A stretch of 64,000 nucleotides of DNA from the human T2T-CHM13v2.0 reference genome, Homo sapiens: the NCBI RefSeq assembly GCF_009914755.1, contig NC_060929.1; one strand, 5' to 3'. The notes below the pieces were generated by a model. The model did not search any database and was not told the DNA's origin. It saw only the letters and a program-made list of their open reading frames with translations. The position numbers and the translations under genes were made by a program. This document shows, one piece after another, positions 1 to 22,099 of the stretch; positions within the stretch are counted from its first letter, which is position 1; each line of letters starts with the position of its first letter.

Positions 1-959
<959 letters not shown>

Positions 960-2003
960 TGAAGACGACCAGGGAAGGATGGCTTCCTCAAAGCAAATAG
1001 AGCAAAGCCGGTGATGCCAGATCAGGTCTCTAGGGCTTTACCAGAAGTCTCGTTTTCTTTCGGGTGAGTCTTAAGTCTGTCCTTGACGGAGACACCTAGA
1101 GATGGAAAGAACTGGGGGCTTCAAAGGACAAGAAAAGGCTCAGAAGCAGGAACACAGAGATAACTGCTAGTGTCAGTGTCAGACCCAAATGCTCTGCACT
1201 TGCCTCCCAGTGGGTTCCCCACCTACCACGATATGGCTTGGTTCTGTCTTCAAGGACTTTGGTTGGCTCTGTGTCATTCTTATGCACTGACTAGAAAGCA
1301 GGAGCTTTTCAGTCAGAAGACCTGGCTCTGCAAGTTGCATTGTCAAATCTTGATTAAGTCTGTGAGTGTCTTTGGACTTTAATTTGTCCAGGATTGATAG
1401 TTAATATTCACTGGACATTTATATGTATACCAGGCACTGTACTAGGCACTTTTCATGGACTGTCTCGTTAAAACCCAGACAACACTGAGTTTGATATGTT
1501 TTCCATTCCCATTTTATAGATTGGGAAACAAAGTCAGAGAGGCTTTAAGTACCATACAGAGGGCCACAGAGCTTCAGTAATAATTGACTTAGTTATTTAC
1601 TGTCCCTTCCCCTGGTGTATACTAACAACGCCACCACCATTTGGATGTCTGTTGTTTGACTTTTCTGATGTGACTTTCTTGGAGTCTGATTCTAGTTTGA
1701 CAAATACCTTGCCCCTACTTCTCATTTTGACTCTTCTTTGGACATAGGTAAAGGAGATTTGTTTGCAAGGCAGCCAGCACAAATAGCACTACTTAGTGAA
1801 GGCCTGGATGGGTTTGAAGCAGTGGGACCAGGAGGAGGAGGGGGTAGCCTCTGTGTGGTCTGCACAGAGCTTTTTTTGTTTTATAACTCATGTTTTCAGA
1901 CCTTCTCCTGATTCCTGCTATAACTTCATTTAGGTATTATTTTCGTTACCCCAATTTTAGAGTAATGTGTCTAGGGTTTCTCAGCTCTGAGTGGTACAGC
2001 TAG

Positions 2004-4909
<2,906 letters not shown>

Positions 4910-6162
4910 CAGTAAATGGTAAATTTAAGCGTTATAAATTCTGAATTAATGGAGAAATTATTGACTAGAAAAGTAGAAAGTTATATCAGAAGGCCAAATT
5001 TTGTGTAGTTCATGCTATTGTCACGAGTTGACTATAATTCCATTATTACTGTAATTTTGTCTACAACCACTTATCCTGTGCAGCAACTGCTGTTTGCACT
5101 CTGGCTTGGTAAACTCTTTAGTTCAGGGGTCATTATCAGGATGTCACTGGCAGCTTAAGGTATAGGGAACAAATATTAGATAACATTTACTGATCTTCTG
5201 CTACATGCCAGGCACTGCAGTAAGTGTGCTATCCATGAGGTCCATTCTCTTCTTATTTGAAGCTGAGGAAACTGAAAGCATGGCTTGCCTGAGGTCACTT
5301 CACTTCCCTCTGGTCCTGACTGGAGTCAGGCTGGAGCTCTCCTACCCTATATTCTCTCTCAAAGAAAAGGAGACAGGCTAGTAGAAGACATAGAAAAGGT
5401 AAGAGCAAATAGGTAGGGCTTATTCCACTCATTCTGGGCTAACAGCCCTTTAAAGAAAAGTATTTGGCTACAAATTGTAGAAACACAGAGCTCGTGTGCC
5501 TATTGGCTATAACAGTTACAACCTTTGGAAGAGGGGTTTCGGTGTCCTTTGCCATTTAGCAAGTAATTGAGCAGGAGAGAAAGCAGATGAGCAGAAAGAA
5601 GCAAAGAAGTTGAAATAAGTAGAGTGTGGGCAGGGACTCCGCAGTGTCCTGGAGGAGGCACACCTGTCATTGGTGCCCTGGGAACTCATGTATTAGATAT
5701 TTCTTGGGATCACAGAGGATGTTGGGGGTGGGGAGGATCAGGGCCATTTTCAGGGAGCTGTTTTAAAGGAAGAATACCTTGGGCCAAGTGGAGAAAGGCA
5801 CTCCCAGACAGAGGGAACAGCATGGAATTATACTCAGGAAATGACAAGTAATTTTATGTGGTCAAACGTGTTAAGAGTCTGTGTGGAAGGCGTTGAGTGT
5901 AGAGGTGAGGCTGGAAGTGTGGGGTCAATGTTTTGGAAGTGGTGGTGACCCATGGAAAGGTTTTAGCATAGGAAAAAAATCATCAGAAAAGTATTTAGAG
6001 AGAAGAGTTCTGGGGAAGATCGCCTGTGAAGGGGAAGGGGACCAAAGGTGAGGGCACCCCTGGAAAGACTCTGGTGCGGGGCTCAAGCCACTTCCCCTCA
6101 GCTGTGAGCGTGGGAGCTCTCTAGTCTTGAGGCTCCTACCTTTAGAGAATACACACAGGGCC

Positions 6163-6814
<652 letters not shown>

Positions 6815-8531
6815 TGATGGGCAGTACAGTCGAGGCAAGGAAGGTAGGGCTTCCCACTCTCACAGGGAGTGACTTGGTCCCCTGAGGAGGGGACAGCTAA
6901 GGCCTGGGAGAGGGGTAGATGCTTTCCCTAGGTGCTGAGGAGAGCGGGGCCTTAGAGAATCAGGAGGCATGTTCATTCCTGGTTCCAAAATGGAGTGGAA
7001 ACTGAGGCCTGGATTGGAGGGCCTAGGTGCCTGGCCCAAGGCTGCAGAACAGGCTTTCTACCCGACACCAGAGCCTGAAGGGGGCAAAGCAAAACCCACA
7101 TAGCAGCCATCAGAGAAGCTGCCGGCCCCAGGATCCATGCAGGCACTGGGCAGAGCAGCCCTAAGCATGAGGCGGACACTGTCCTGGGACACTTGCTGTG
7201 TCCTGAGAGGGGGCCAGTGTGTTTAAGCTGGGGCAGGATTTAGTGTATGTTAGCACTGCAGAGACCTAATATTTCCTAGTCTAGTGTTTTCTCAGCACAC
7301 CCCGACCCCCCCGCTTTTTTTGTTGTTTTTTTCCATTATTGCTCGCCCTTCTCCAAGGAGTCTTTTAAGATACATTTTCCATCCCCACCTCCCGCCTGTT
7401 TTCATAACCCCAGCAGGTCCTGCTGGGATGGGCTGGCACTGTGAGCTTCATAGACCAAGCCAGGACCTCCCCTTCTGTCCCTCTTCCCTCCTCCCTTCCC
7501 AGCCAGTGCCTGGGCCTTGCCACTACCCAGGGCCCATGCTCACTGCCACCTGAACGTTAGGGACTCTGCTGCTGGCGACTGCTAGGCACTGAATGGTAGG
7601 ATCTGTCTGGGAGTAGGAAGTCATCGTGCTTCTGGCCAGCTGCCCAAGTTGATACTTTTGGGCTCTCCTGGGTATAGAGGTAACAGGAGCTGTGTGCCCC
7701 TGGCATAGAGTGAAGCTGACTGTGGCGGCTGTTCCCTCACGCGTCTGGTCAGTTGGGACCCTCCTCTGGCCTGCTGCTCACAGCGTCTGCAGCCGATGGT
7801 AGCTGTGTGAAAAGTGTGCCTACCACCCAGGAAGGGCCATCCCTGGCAAATAGGGTGGGACTGGGCAGGAGTTTTTTCTGTTACAGGATATTAAGTCCCT
7901 ACATAATATCCTTGATTTTTGCCTCTTAGCCCACAAAGCATAAAAATACTTACTATCTGGACCTTCACAGAAAAAGTTTTTCCGAGTTCTGATCTGGGGC
8001 TTTTGGGTGACTTTCTTAAGGTCACTGTGTTTAATGGCGTCGGGACCCTAACTTCATGTTTTGATTCCTGAATTCTTTTATTTATTCATTTCAAAAATTT
8101 TTACCAGGTGCCTACTCTGATTGGTACTATGTCAGGGTCCGAGGACCCTGGCAAACAAAGACATTCCTAGTCCCTGTCAGTGGGAGCTCATGGTACAGTG
8201 GGGGAAAGGATGTTAACAGTTACGTCATTTAAACACAACGTTTCAATATTATATGTGCCACAGAGAGATACAGTGATATTTGTGGGGATGGTCCCGATTT
8301 AGATCTGGAGAGGAGGGAAGGCTTGTCTTGGAATATTTAAGGTTGGACCTGAAGGATGAGTCAACTTAGGTAGAGTCAGGTGGAGAGGAGTGTTCCAGGC
8401 AGAGGTTAGTGAGTTTGAGACCACTGTGCTGGGAGCAAGGGGGTGGTATCTGGTAAGGCTGGTAGGGGATGAGCCTCTTTCCGGGACTATCTTGGACCTG
8501 GGGAGTGTAGGGCTCCTTTGCCTTGCATTGA

Positions 8532-8954
<423 letters not shown>

Positions 8955-9363
8955 TGAACCTGAAGACCAAAAACATGTTTTAAAGCTGGAAACAGAGTTA
9001 ATGTCGAATGTGGTATGTGTGGCGATTATACCCAGTGAAAAGCATGAAGATTCGGTTGTAGGAGAGGTTTAAATGACAGTTGAGGAAAGTCTTTTTGACA
9101 GTGACATCCTGAAAAAGGTGAGCAAGTCGTATTGTGGAAATGACAGTATCCCTGGGCTCACAGCAGGATGAGGCGAGTTAGGTATGGCGAGGCATGGGGT
9201 GGTTGAAATGGATGTGTGTTCATTGAGGGCCGTGAGGGTGCTGCTTCTCCCTTCCTGCTCAGGTTCAGTCTCTGACTGGAGATCGGGGAACGCTGTCCCT
9301 GTGCAGCTGACACTCTCTTTATCTCTTTCTCCCTCTCCCTCTTTTTGTTTCTCTTATTCCCAG

Positions 9364-9386
9364 GACATCAAGGAGACTTTCAATAG
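9364..9386 (+). CDS. TRIM41: TRIM41 exon 4 (23 nt)
   Basis: Long pyrimidine tract, cccag|GACATCAAGGAGACTTTCAATAG|gtgtgt; DIKETFNR; the 23-nt microexon typical of SPRY-type TRIMs. Confidence 0.92.
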
Positions 9387-9488
9387 GTGTGTTCCCAGTC
9401 TTTGCCCTTCGTGACCCAGTGGCATCTGGTTCCCTGTCCCTGCTTCTCTTCGGTATCCCTCTCCTCTCCTTCCTTCCCCAGGACCTGA

Positions 9489-9776
<288 letters not shown>

Positions 9777-10072
9777 TGAGGGAAGTTGGGCCCCAGGGAA
9801 ACTGTGGGGCTTGAGATGGAGCAGGATCCAGGCAGCCACTCTGAGGTTGAGGTTTCAAGCCATGAGCAGGTAGACCTAGTGCAGGCAGGCCTGGAGGGTG
9901 GGGTGGGGTGGAGTGGCAGGAAGAGCCAGGCTGGGGGAAGACCTGTCAGGTATCCTAGGAACAAGAGTGAGGAGCAAGATGAGCCTGCAGGAATCTGAGG
10001 CTGGCCTCTGGGATGGTGTGGGGAGCTGGATTCAGGGAGAAAGGGGGCCCAATCTGTGGAGTTGGCTGCTGA

Positions 10073-10726
<654 letters not shown>

Positions 10727-11735
10727 TTATCCTGCCACCCGCAGGGGCCCCTCTGTCAGCACTTGGGGGGTGGGTGGTGGAGGGTGGCCCGTAAGTTTGA
10801 GGGCTCAAAGGCTCTTCCCACTGCTTGTTACTGTGTTGCTTCCCACTCCCCCTTGACCCCAGGCCCCTGCTTCTCCCTCTAGGAGCCTAAAGAACCCTCC
10901 TGGCCTCCAGCTCAGCCTTCTCTCACCTACTATGTCTGTCCAACAGGTCTGCATGGGTCCCTGATAATGAGAACAGCTGCCTGGTCTTCTCTCCCAGTCT
11001 GCCTAGCCCAGCCCTGGGACTGGAATTTGAGTAGGGGATGAGGGGAAATTGTAATTTCATTCCTTAACTTCCTTTTCCCCACCCCTGCTCTTCAACCTCT
11101 TTATCAGTTCTGAGGCTGGAGGGTTTGGGCAAGGCAACATCCCCATTCCAATTCCATTTTCTGATGCAGATTTTAGCTGAGGGATTTGGAAGCCATTTGG
11201 GGAGGCAGGCTGGGCCAAAGGGTAGAGCTGGGTAATAAATGTCTATTCTCCTGGGGAGGAGGGATTCTAAACTTTCCTTCCGTCCTCAATTTCTACCTCC
11301 ATAGACCGGCCAGAATTTAGCTTCACTTGAGAGAGATCTGGAATGGTCGCCATGATTGAAACCACGCACCATTACATCATCATTACATTAATTACATCAA
11401 CATAAATTATTTCTTCCCCCTTCCCTTTTCCAGCACTCAACCAAGGAGCAAAGCTCATCCCACCCCACACCCCTCCCAGGTCTGCTCACTGCCAGGCTCC
11501 TCTCCCCTTTGTTCAGTGGAGCTGGCTTTTCTCCCAGCCCCTTTCCATGCCTTTCACTCCATTTGGCAAGCTCTGAGGGGGAGCCTGGGGACGGGTTTGG
11601 GTCCCCAGGAGGAGAGCCTTGGGTATAATCTATTTTTCTAGGAGCCTCTTGCCTTGTCACTTGCAGCTTTCGCCCTCTGCTTTGATGGCTGAGGTGAACT
11701 CATGTTCTTTGGGAAAAGGGAAGGCGTGCTGTGGA

Positions 11736-11741
11736 AATAAA
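11736..11741 (+). terminator. TRIM41 polyadenylation signal
   Basis: AATAAA about 1 kb after the stop, followed by a T/GT-rich tract. Confidence 0.75.
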
Positions 11742-12899
11742 ATGTTTATTTGCTTCTCTTGTGAGGTCTGTTCCTTCAGGTGAGGGTGTAACTCAGGATT
11801 TCTTCCTTTGCCGCCCCTGCAGTGAGAAGCCACACAACTGAACTGGTTAGTTGCAGTTAAAGGCATGCTTTGCACCTGTTACCAGGCAGGCTCCTATTTC
11901 AACAGGGATGTGGACCCTGCTCCCCATTTTAATATCTTAACCTAACTTACTAACTGTTCAGTCTACTTAGAGATGTTTGCCACACGTAGTTGAAACTGAA
12001 GCCAGAAATGCCTCATCACCATTATAAATTGAGGGGAGTAGGAAGTGGAGGGTGCATGTGGGCCTTCAATATGCTGTAGTTGCTTAGCACAGAAAATTGC
12101 AAGGGTAGTGGGGTCTCAGCCGCATGTTGAACCATTCCATCCCTGTACTGAGGTTTCTATTGGAAACTGTAATTGTAGTTTAATGGCTCACTTCTGGCCT
12201 TTCACAAGGCATCTATCCTCATGAATAAACTGTGTTTGTGTGTAGGGGGATTGAGGGCCAGGTTATAGTAGCAGTTGAAATGTTTAGTAGGGCCAACTTT
12301 ATGGTTCTATTTATGAATGCTTCCAGACCAACCACCCCAAAACTTTTGACCTGAGGAATAAATTAGTTTTGAATTAAGTTCTTCTGGTGAGAACTGCCTT
12401 GCTTAAAGAATTAAAAACCCTTGACTTTCCTCAAAGACCATGTTGACAGAGACTGCTAACATGAAGCTTAAGTTTTCTGAATTATGTTCAAATCTTTAGA
12501 GGAATGAGGATTCATCTTCCACTCTTACGTGTCAGGGGTTGGACCTGCGGAGTCTGCTTTTTCTAAAAATTGACTGCAACCACTTTGAAATCAGTTCTTT
12601 CCCTCAAGAAGGTTCCCCAGGTTGAAGGTAGGCCCTGATGATCTGCACGTGGTATGTAGGACGCTGATGGGGTTTAAGTTCAGGGAAACTGCTATGTGAC
12701 TTCTCACAAACATCCCACCTGATGCTACCCCAATCCTGAGAACTTAGACGGACAGCTCCCCTTCAAAGCCTTGTTTACTTAGTCCATACCTTGCATCCAG
12801 TTCGCTAGTGCAAACTTAATGTGTAAGCAATGTAGATAGAATGGAGCTTTTTTGCATATAAGAAAAAAAAACCTAAAAGTCAGAAAAGCCAGTTTTTTT

Positions 12900-12905
12900 T
12901 TTATT
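12900..12905 (-). terminator. RACK1 polyadenylation signal
   Basis: tttatt on + (AATAAA on -) about 25 nt past the RACK1 stop. Confidence 0.75.
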
Positions 12906-12927
12906 TGTAAAGCTCTGCCATAAACTT

Positions 12928-13020
<93 letters not shown>

Positions 13021-13520
13021 TCAGGCTGGCATAAATTCTGCAGTCTCACTAGATTCAGCCCAAGTGGCTTTTTTTGAGATCCGTCCACCTTGCTCCATTG
13101 TCTAGGCTGGAGTGCAGGGGTGCGATCCTGGCTCACTACAGCCTTAAGCCCCTGCAGTTCAAGAGATCCTCCCACCTCAGCCTCCAGTAGGCATGTGCCA
13201 CAACGCCGGGTAGACTGTAAGAAACCGCTCTCATTTCAACAGCCAGCTTGTAAGTGGTGGTTATGTATTCCTTGAGGAAGAAACAGCTGGTGATAAGGCT
13301 CCAGACATTTGAAAACTGGTCAGATTAATTAAGGTATTAATTGAAGGCTGACAGCCACTGCGTTCCACATCAGTCTTCCCTCTGATGCAGAAACACATTC
13401 ACTGGCATGGCAAACGAGGGCATCCTCATCAACCTGGCTTGTCATTTCACTTTATGCCAAGGACACTGCTCTTGTGTCTGACAGACTAGATATACTAACA
13501 GAATGAGAGGGAGAAAATTA

Positions 13521-13694
<174 letters not shown>

Positions 13695-13739
13695 TTAAGA
13701 CTTACCAATCAAGAGAGTCTCCTCTTAAAAGCCCCTCAA

Positions 13740-13950
13740 GATTCTCAAGTTAAAAAGGGATGATTTTGCTCCCTGGGGTCCATGTATCAATGCCTACATG
13801 CATTTTCAGTTGCCACTAGTGGAAGGATGGTTTGCTACTGACATCTAGTAGAAGCTGGAAATGCTGCTAAACATCCTGGAATGTACAGGACTGCACACCA
13901 CAACAGAGTTACTCAGACCAAAATGTCATTACGTGGAGGCTGAGAAAGCT
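13740..13950 (+). mobile_element. MER20-like hAT-Charlie MITE
   Basis: gatgattttgc..tgctactgacatctagtag..tgctgctaaacatcct..caaaatgtca..gaggctgagaaa matches MER20. Confidence 0.75.
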
Positions 13951-14031
13951 TAGCTCCCAGGTGGGAGTCAGATGGCATATATAATAACCAAAACATTGCC
14001 AGGGCTCAGAGTGCAGCCAGGTACCCAGTCA

Positions 14032-14334
<303 letters not shown>

Positions 14335-14358
14335 TTATCTCTGTATACCTTTCCTTTA

Positions 14359-14586
<228 letters not shown>

Positions 14587-14592
14587 CTACTA

Positions 14593-14847
<255 letters not shown>

Positions 14848-14903
14848 TCATTTGCTGAAAGTAATCTTTGGAAACATATTCTCAGATTGCCATTATCTCA
14901 TTA

Positions 14904-15257
<354 letters not shown>

Positions 15258-15338
15258 TCACGTTAGATTATAACACATATCCAATGCAGTGTGCTGACTT
15301 ACAAGGGACATCAGACCATGTGACAAGAGAAAGAGTCA

Positions 15339-15533
<195 letters not shown>

Positions 15534-15776
15534 CTACAGAAGATGGAAAGGAAATTAGGGCAAACAGTCCTATCCCATGAAATGCTAGACCTCCCAGCCC
15601 TACCCCTCAGTAGGATGATGGCTGGCAGCACCTTTCAAAAACCAAGAACCCAAACCTTTAAGCTCAATAGAATCCCTTTAGATTCCAGACAAGAAAATTT
15701 TTTAAAAATTTAGAGATGGTGGCTGGACGCAGAAGCTCACGCCTCTAATCCCAGGGAGGGCGAGGTAAGTGGATCA

Positions 15777-16040
<264 letters not shown>

Positions 16041-16118
16041 TCACGCCTGTAATCCCAGCACTTTAGGAAGCCAAGGTGGATGGATCATGAGGTCAGGAGA
16101 TCAAGACCATCTTGGCTA

Positions 16119-16301
<183 letters not shown>

Positions 16302-16878
16302 TCAAAACAAAACAAAATAGTAGTGATAAGGCCGGGCACGGTGACTCACGCCTGTTATCACAGCAGTTTGGGAGGCTGAGGCGGGCGGATCACCTGAGGT
16401 CAGGAGTTTGAGACCAGCCTGGCCAACATGGTGAAACCCCATCTCTACTAAAAATACAAAAATTAGCTGGGCATGATGGCACACGCCTGTAATCTTCTCA
16501 GACACCCAACCATCGGCTTCTGAGCTGCGGCAACTCCCTTTCACCTTTTCACCGCCCCCCACCCATCCCCAAATCCCCGATCCAGCCCCCAATCTGCGAT
16601 CCCAAATCTGCGATCTAGCCCAGAATCCATCTCAAAAAAGAAAAAAAATAAATAAAATTTTGTTTAAATAGATGGGGTCTCACTATGTTGGCCAGGCTGC
16701 TCTCCTGTCCTCAAGCAGTCCTCCCACCTTGGCCTACCAGAGAGCTAGGATTACAGGCGTGAGCCCAGCCCAGACAAGACTTTAAAAAGGCAAAGAAAGC
16801 GGGGGACGGTGGCTCACGCTTATAATCCCAGCACTTTGGGAGGCTGAGGCGGGCAGATCACCTGAGGTTGGGAGTTCA

Positions 16879-17638
<760 letters not shown>

Positions 17639-17769
17639 TCAACGGTCAGACTCATTTCCTGGGCTTTGTCTCTGTCTCATTGCATCACTCATACAACCCT
17701 GGATTTGGCTCTGATCACAGAGTCAAGTGACTGAGTATATGAAAGAGAAGAGCCAAGTGACAGAGAATC

Positions 17770-17841
17770 CCTTCAGAATTGCAGGACATGTCCTCACTCC
17801 CACTTGGGGATTGGCTGACAATGCCATCTGTCATCACCAGG
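17770..17841 (-). ncRNA. SNORD96A: C/D box snoRNA U96A, guide for 5.8S rRNA 2'-O-methylation
   Basis: Minus strand CCTG-GTGATGA (C box) ... TGTCCTGCAATT-CTGA (D box)-AGG with terminal stem; the guide is complementary to 5.8S AAUUGCAGGACA; located in RACK1 intron 2. Confidence 0.92.
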
Positions 17842-18125
17842 ACCCTCTAATTCCACCTGCCAATTACCTGAGCTTTCAAGGTAAAACATGTTCAAACTGC
17901 TGCCCACTCAGAACTTTTGCACCTGGCAAAAATGTTCAGCCACACTCCTCAGCAATGCTGAGTAACTTATTTAAAGTGAGGGAGGCCAAACATCTTCTGT
18001 AGGTGTGCTCTGCTTTCCAGTTCCCAAATGGACTGGATCTCCCCTGGGAAACCAGCCAATTGCATCCACCTCACTTCTGCCCAGATTCTTCCCAAGGCCC
18101 CAGAGCTAAGTGAGCAGCTACTTGC

Positions 18126-18297
18126 GTTGTGAGATCCCAGAGGCGCAGGGTTCCATCCCAGGAGCCTGAGAGGGCAAACTGGCCATCTGAGGAGATAACC
18201 ACATCACTAACAAAGTGGGAGTGACCCCGCAGAGCACGCTGTGGAATTCCATAGTTGGTCTCATCCCTGGTCAGTTTCCACATGATGATGGTCTTAT
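18126..18297 (-). CDS. RACK1: RACK1 exon 2 (172 nt, GC donor)
   Basis: [56 protein letters not shown]; continuing the frame requires donor AC|GCAAGT. Confidence 0.95.
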
Positions 18298-18404
18298 CTA
18301 AAGGAGGTAAAACAGAAGAAAAATCAGTGAGGAACCCGCAGCCCGTTTAACACACTGGATAATTCACTAAGTGTCAAGGTCATGAGTGGGTTAACAACAA
18401 CTAA

Positions 18405-18737
<333 letters not shown>

Positions 18738-19261
18738 TGATCTCAAGTGATCCACTCGCCTCTGCCTTCCAAAGTGCTGGGATTATAGGCGTGAGCCACC
18801 GCGCCCAGCCTGTATCCTGAGAACTTAATTTAGGTGCCAGAAATACAGACACCCTTTCCTGAAACTCAGACGAACTCAACAGCCACTTTGTGTCTTCTCT
18901 GCAACCAAATGCACAGCAGTTTGTGGCTGTAGAGTAGCTGGGGCCTCCTATGCCTACCTCTGAGGGCCGACAGAAATGTAGTAATGAATGCTGGAAAAGC
19001 CACTTCAGGCGCTACAGGATTGGATGCTTTTACTGAAACCTGTCCCACTCAACAAATTTTACGATTAACAGCCAGACATGATTCAAAAGTCAGACAATTC
19101 TTAACAGTGTAGCAGCAAAGCGGAAGCACAAGAAGCGTCTAAACGCAGTCAGGAACACAGGGATAGGGACGGGGAGAACCAGGGGCAGAAAAAGTAGGCC
19201 GACACTTGAGCCACGAGGTCCTCTGGAGTCCACCTGCCTCCCCACGAGCCTTGGGCCGGGC

Positions 19262-19329
19262 GGCAGCTCAGAAACAGCCTCTGGATTTCAGCACCGACAC
19301 TCAGATGGCATGTTGGGGTCATCACCGCC
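19262..19329 (-). ncRNA. SNORD95: C/D box snoRNA U95, 28S rRNA guide
   Basis: Minus strand GCG-GTGATGA-CCCCAACATGCCAT-CTGA (D') ... CCAGAGGCTGTTT-CTGA (D); both guides match the adjacent 28S segment AACAGCCUCUGGCAUGUUGG; located in RACK1 intron 1. Confidence 0.92.
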
Positions 19330-19635
19330 CCGCCCGGCCCGTAGGCCCCCGGCCACACTACGAAGGAGAAGGCAAAAGATATTTTAAAAGTTTCCAACTC
19401 TCCAACCCTCCTAGCAGCTGCGAGCTGATGTACACGTAGGTTCTCATCTGCAATGTGGTTCGCCCGGGTTGAGGCCTAGGCTCGGGTCCGCACGCCCCAA
19501 TTCACAATGGGGCAGAGAAGTCTGTCAGTCCCCGCCAACTCGCGCGCCACCGGCCTGCCACACCACACGCGGAATTCCCTACACGACACGCGGAATCCCC
19601 CAGCCCTGCAATCTCGGGTCCTGAAATCTACCTTA

Positions 19636-20025
<390 letters not shown>

Positions 20026-20427
20026 TTACAAATACACTCTGAAACAAGCACATTCAAGTGTTTAAAAAGGCTTCTCAGGGATGATGTAGAGCGAGAAGCG
20101 AAAGAGGTGAAGTGTACGGCACATTCCCATGAGGACCGCCGGGCTGCTTCCCCGCCCCTATGTGGCATAGCTCGAGCTCCGCCTGTTCCACTTGGTGCGG
20201 GGAGGGTTGACGGGGCAACCCCAGGGGAGCTTAATTTTCATTTCACTATCGTGGGTAACGATGGGCAATTTAAAAAGTAGAGTATTAAAATGTTAAAAAT
20301 AAACTTTAAAACTGTGCTTCCGGAGGGTGTTCTCCCCTCACGAGGTTTTTGTTCTGATGCACACCAACTCCGGAAGGACTTAGTCCAGGCTGGACTAAGG
20401 CAGGAGAGGGTTACTCTGGATGAACTA

Positions 20428-21045
<618 letters not shown>

Positions 21046-22099
21046 TTAAATAAGTAATGGCTCCCATTCTCACCCATCTCTGACTATAAGAGACAGTGTT
21101 GGCACCATGTCTATTCAAGTAGTTTTAAACAGGGGCACAGATCAGGATGATAGCAGCCACCAACATCTATGCAAAATAAAGGGGGCATTATACCTAAGTA
21201 TATACTTTTCTATTTGTGACATCTATCAACTTTCGTTTCTCATCTGTGAAATGAGATTGGAAATAATATTAGTATCTACATTACATGGTGGTGTGGAAAG
21301 TGAAGAAGCAAATGTAAAGCGCCCTGAACAAGGCAGAGTAAATGTTGTGAAACTTAGCACCTCTTGGGTGCCAGGCCTTATTTTAGGTCTTGGGGACACA
21401 GCTGTGAACAAGACAGAGGGGGGACCCTGGTTTGTTTTATTTGCAGTTTACTTCCTACGGTATGCGAAGAGGGGAGAACATTGGAACAGAGACACGGAGA
21501 GAGCCCTGCGGGTATATGGGAGAATAATGTTCCTGTGGAGGGAAGTCAAATGGGGGAAAAATATTTCAATCGGAGGGAAGAGTTAGTGCCAACGTACTGA
21601 GCTGGAGTGTGGAGGGGCTGAGGACAGAGCAGGGAAATGGAGGGTGCAGTTAACCTAGGGCCTTGAAGGCCTGGAGAAGAACCTTGGCAATGTCTGCTAG
21701 AAAGCCTGCGTAAAGGCAGAAGACAGGCGAGGGAGGGTGGCAGAGCTGCCGGAGGCTGTAGACGCCCAGGTGTGCAGGGAAGGCCAGGATCCCTCCCTGA
21801 AACAGCTTGCTCTCCTGGTCCTCTGCAGGTTCCCCTGCCTTCCGCCGCAGTCTCCCTTGGGCTTTCCGGGACGTTGTCCTGGCTGTGGTCCTCCGCAGCC
21901 TGTGGACCATCCTAAGGCTCCAGGTTTGTATACATCACCTGCCTCCTTGGCACCCCCAGCTGACTGTTCTTTCGCTTTTCCAATACGGGACTCAATCCCT
22001 ACCCAGGTGATTGTGGTGGTCGTGGAAGACCGCTGCCTTCACCCTCCCGCTAACCAGCTTGCTGCCCCCCACTCGGGTCATGCCAGCGCCTCCCTGAGC

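Noticed and set aside
11060-11082. U12-type branch-point match TTCCTTAAC followed by AC in the TRIM41 3'UTR
   Set aside because: No consensus ATATCCTT/GTATCCTT donor was seen in the last exon; likely chance.
18958-19039. Possible poison cassette exon in RACK1 intron 1 (donor GAG|GTAGGC)
   Set aside because: The acceptor lacks a pyrimidine tract; it cannot be supported without transcript data.
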